From: Octopus sinensis
Lineage: Eukaryota
Assembly: GCF_006345805.1 (NCBI RefSeq)
Contig: NW_021824331.1
Location: 1-18,930 of the forward strand
Length of the DNA stretch: 18,930 nt
Direction: 5' to 3'
Of the stretch, positions 17,864 to 18,930 are shown one piece after another. The position numbers were made by a program, and so were the translations under genes. The notes beneath the pieces are model-generated. The model did no database searches and was not told the DNA's origin. It saw only the letters and a list, made by a program, of their open reading frames with translations. Positions within the stretch are counted from its first letter, which is position 1, and the number at the start of each line of letters is the position of its first letter.

Positions 17864-17935
17864 GCTACTGCTACTACTACTACTTCTACTACTCCTGCTG
17901 CTGCTGCTGCTGCCACTGCTACTGCTGCTGTTGCG
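17565..17935. repeat. (GTT)/(CTA)n/(CTG)n compound microsatellite
   Basis: Alternating CTA and CTG blocks give the poly-L and poly-Y/C ORFs. Confidence 0.95.
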
Positions 17936-18509
17936 TCTCGACTGAGTTTATTTGCAACCAGCAGCATTTTCTAGATGCTAGGCAGCTAAGAATGTAGGTC
18001 GTGACTAGATATTATCCCTCCCCCCACCCTCACCCCCCACAGACGACTACATTTCATAACCTCCACACCACTCCGCCCCTACATCTCACCTACGTAACCC
18101 CACCCCCACCACCACCACACCACCACACACATACACACACACACACACAAAACAACAGCATAAAAATTGCATAAATATATAAATGAAGGAAGGAATAAAT
18201 AAACAACAGATTTTTCTCCCACTCAGAAATATGAGGGGTGGGGGTGGGTGGGGGGGTGAGTGGTGGTAGAATTGGGGTATTTTTGCAAAAAAAAAAAACC
18301 CAAAAAAAGGACCCCTTCCCCGAAAAAGCCTGACAACCTCAGAACAAGCCGACTGGAATATGTCGAAGAGTGACTGTTGACGGACAAATAACAGGAATCG
18401 CTTTGACTTACATAACATCACATCAACAACGAAGTGGAAACGGTAAAAAAAATAGAAGAATAAAAGAGTAAACGATATAAATTCGAAAAAAAAAAAACAT
18501 GAACGCAGC

Positions 18510-18930
18510 TAAAGTAGTAGTAGTGGTAGTAGTGTGGTGGTTTTATTAGTTATGGTAGAAGTAGTAGTTGTGGCGGTAGTGGTGGTGGTGGTGGTGGTGG
18601 TTTTATTAGTTGTGGTAGAAGTAGTAGTTGTAGTAGTAGTTGTGGCAGTAGTGGTGATGGTGGAGGAGGATGTGGTGGTGGTGGTGGTCGTCGTCGTCGT
18701 CGTTGTAGAGATGATGGTAGTGGTGTTGGTGGTGGTAGTAGTAGTGTTGTTGTTGTTGTTATTCGTGATGATGAGGATGGCGGTGGTAGTAGTAGTTCTG
18801 GTGGTGGTGGTGGTAGTGTTAGTAGTAGTGTTAGCAGTATTGGTAGTAGTAGTAGTAGTAGTAGTAGTGTAATCATTGTAGCAATAGTAAGAGTTGTAGT
18901 AGTAACGGTGGTGGTGTTGGTAGTAGTAGT
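18510..18930. repeat. (GTA)n/(GTG)n/(GTT)n compound microsatellite
   Basis: It runs to the window end and gives the poly-V ORF. TGGTTTTATTAGTT.TGGTAGAAGTAGTAGTTGT occurs twice (~18538 and ~18598). Confidence 0.95.

Noticed and set aside
18330-18420. Minus-strand GTAAGT donor and CAACAG acceptor
   Set aside because: The implied intron is under 40 nt, there is no upstream acceptor, and the downstream donor is weak.
435-18876. Dozens of homopolymeric or dipeptide ORFs (poly-L, -V, -T, -H, -K/E, YI, HT, VC)
   Set aside because: They coincide exactly with di-, tri- and tetranucleotide repeats that lack stop codons, and show no domain signatures.

Overview
Repeat-dominated, AT-rich eukaryotic DNA, most consistent with an octopus (coleoid cephalopod) intronic or intergenic region. 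The taxon is judged from recalled SINE families and extreme microsatellite density, not from a database search. No host protein-coding gene can be supported, and almost all listed ORFs are translated simple repeats. Recognisable content: (i) three tRNA-derived SINE families in about 13 full or partial copies, often stacked, with alternative 3' tails on shared heads; (ii) a decayed R4/Dong-type (RLE) non-LTR retrotransposon 3' end (13378-13909, -) and a probable second TAA-tailed 3' end (9527-9629); (iii) a decayed Tc1/mariner (DD37D/maT-like) transposase N-terminus (~15951-16582); (iv) a minimal type I hammerhead ribozyme with one core mutation (15814-15848, -), typical of Penelope-like element terminal repeats; (v) two diverged minisatellites, a 29-bp unit (~31 copies, spanned by a 266-aa ORF) and a 14-bp unit (~58 copies); (vi) many compound microsatellites. 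I see no CRISPR array, operon or convincingly new biological system. The best leads are the hammerhead, the stop-free 29-bp array and the SINE tail modularity.
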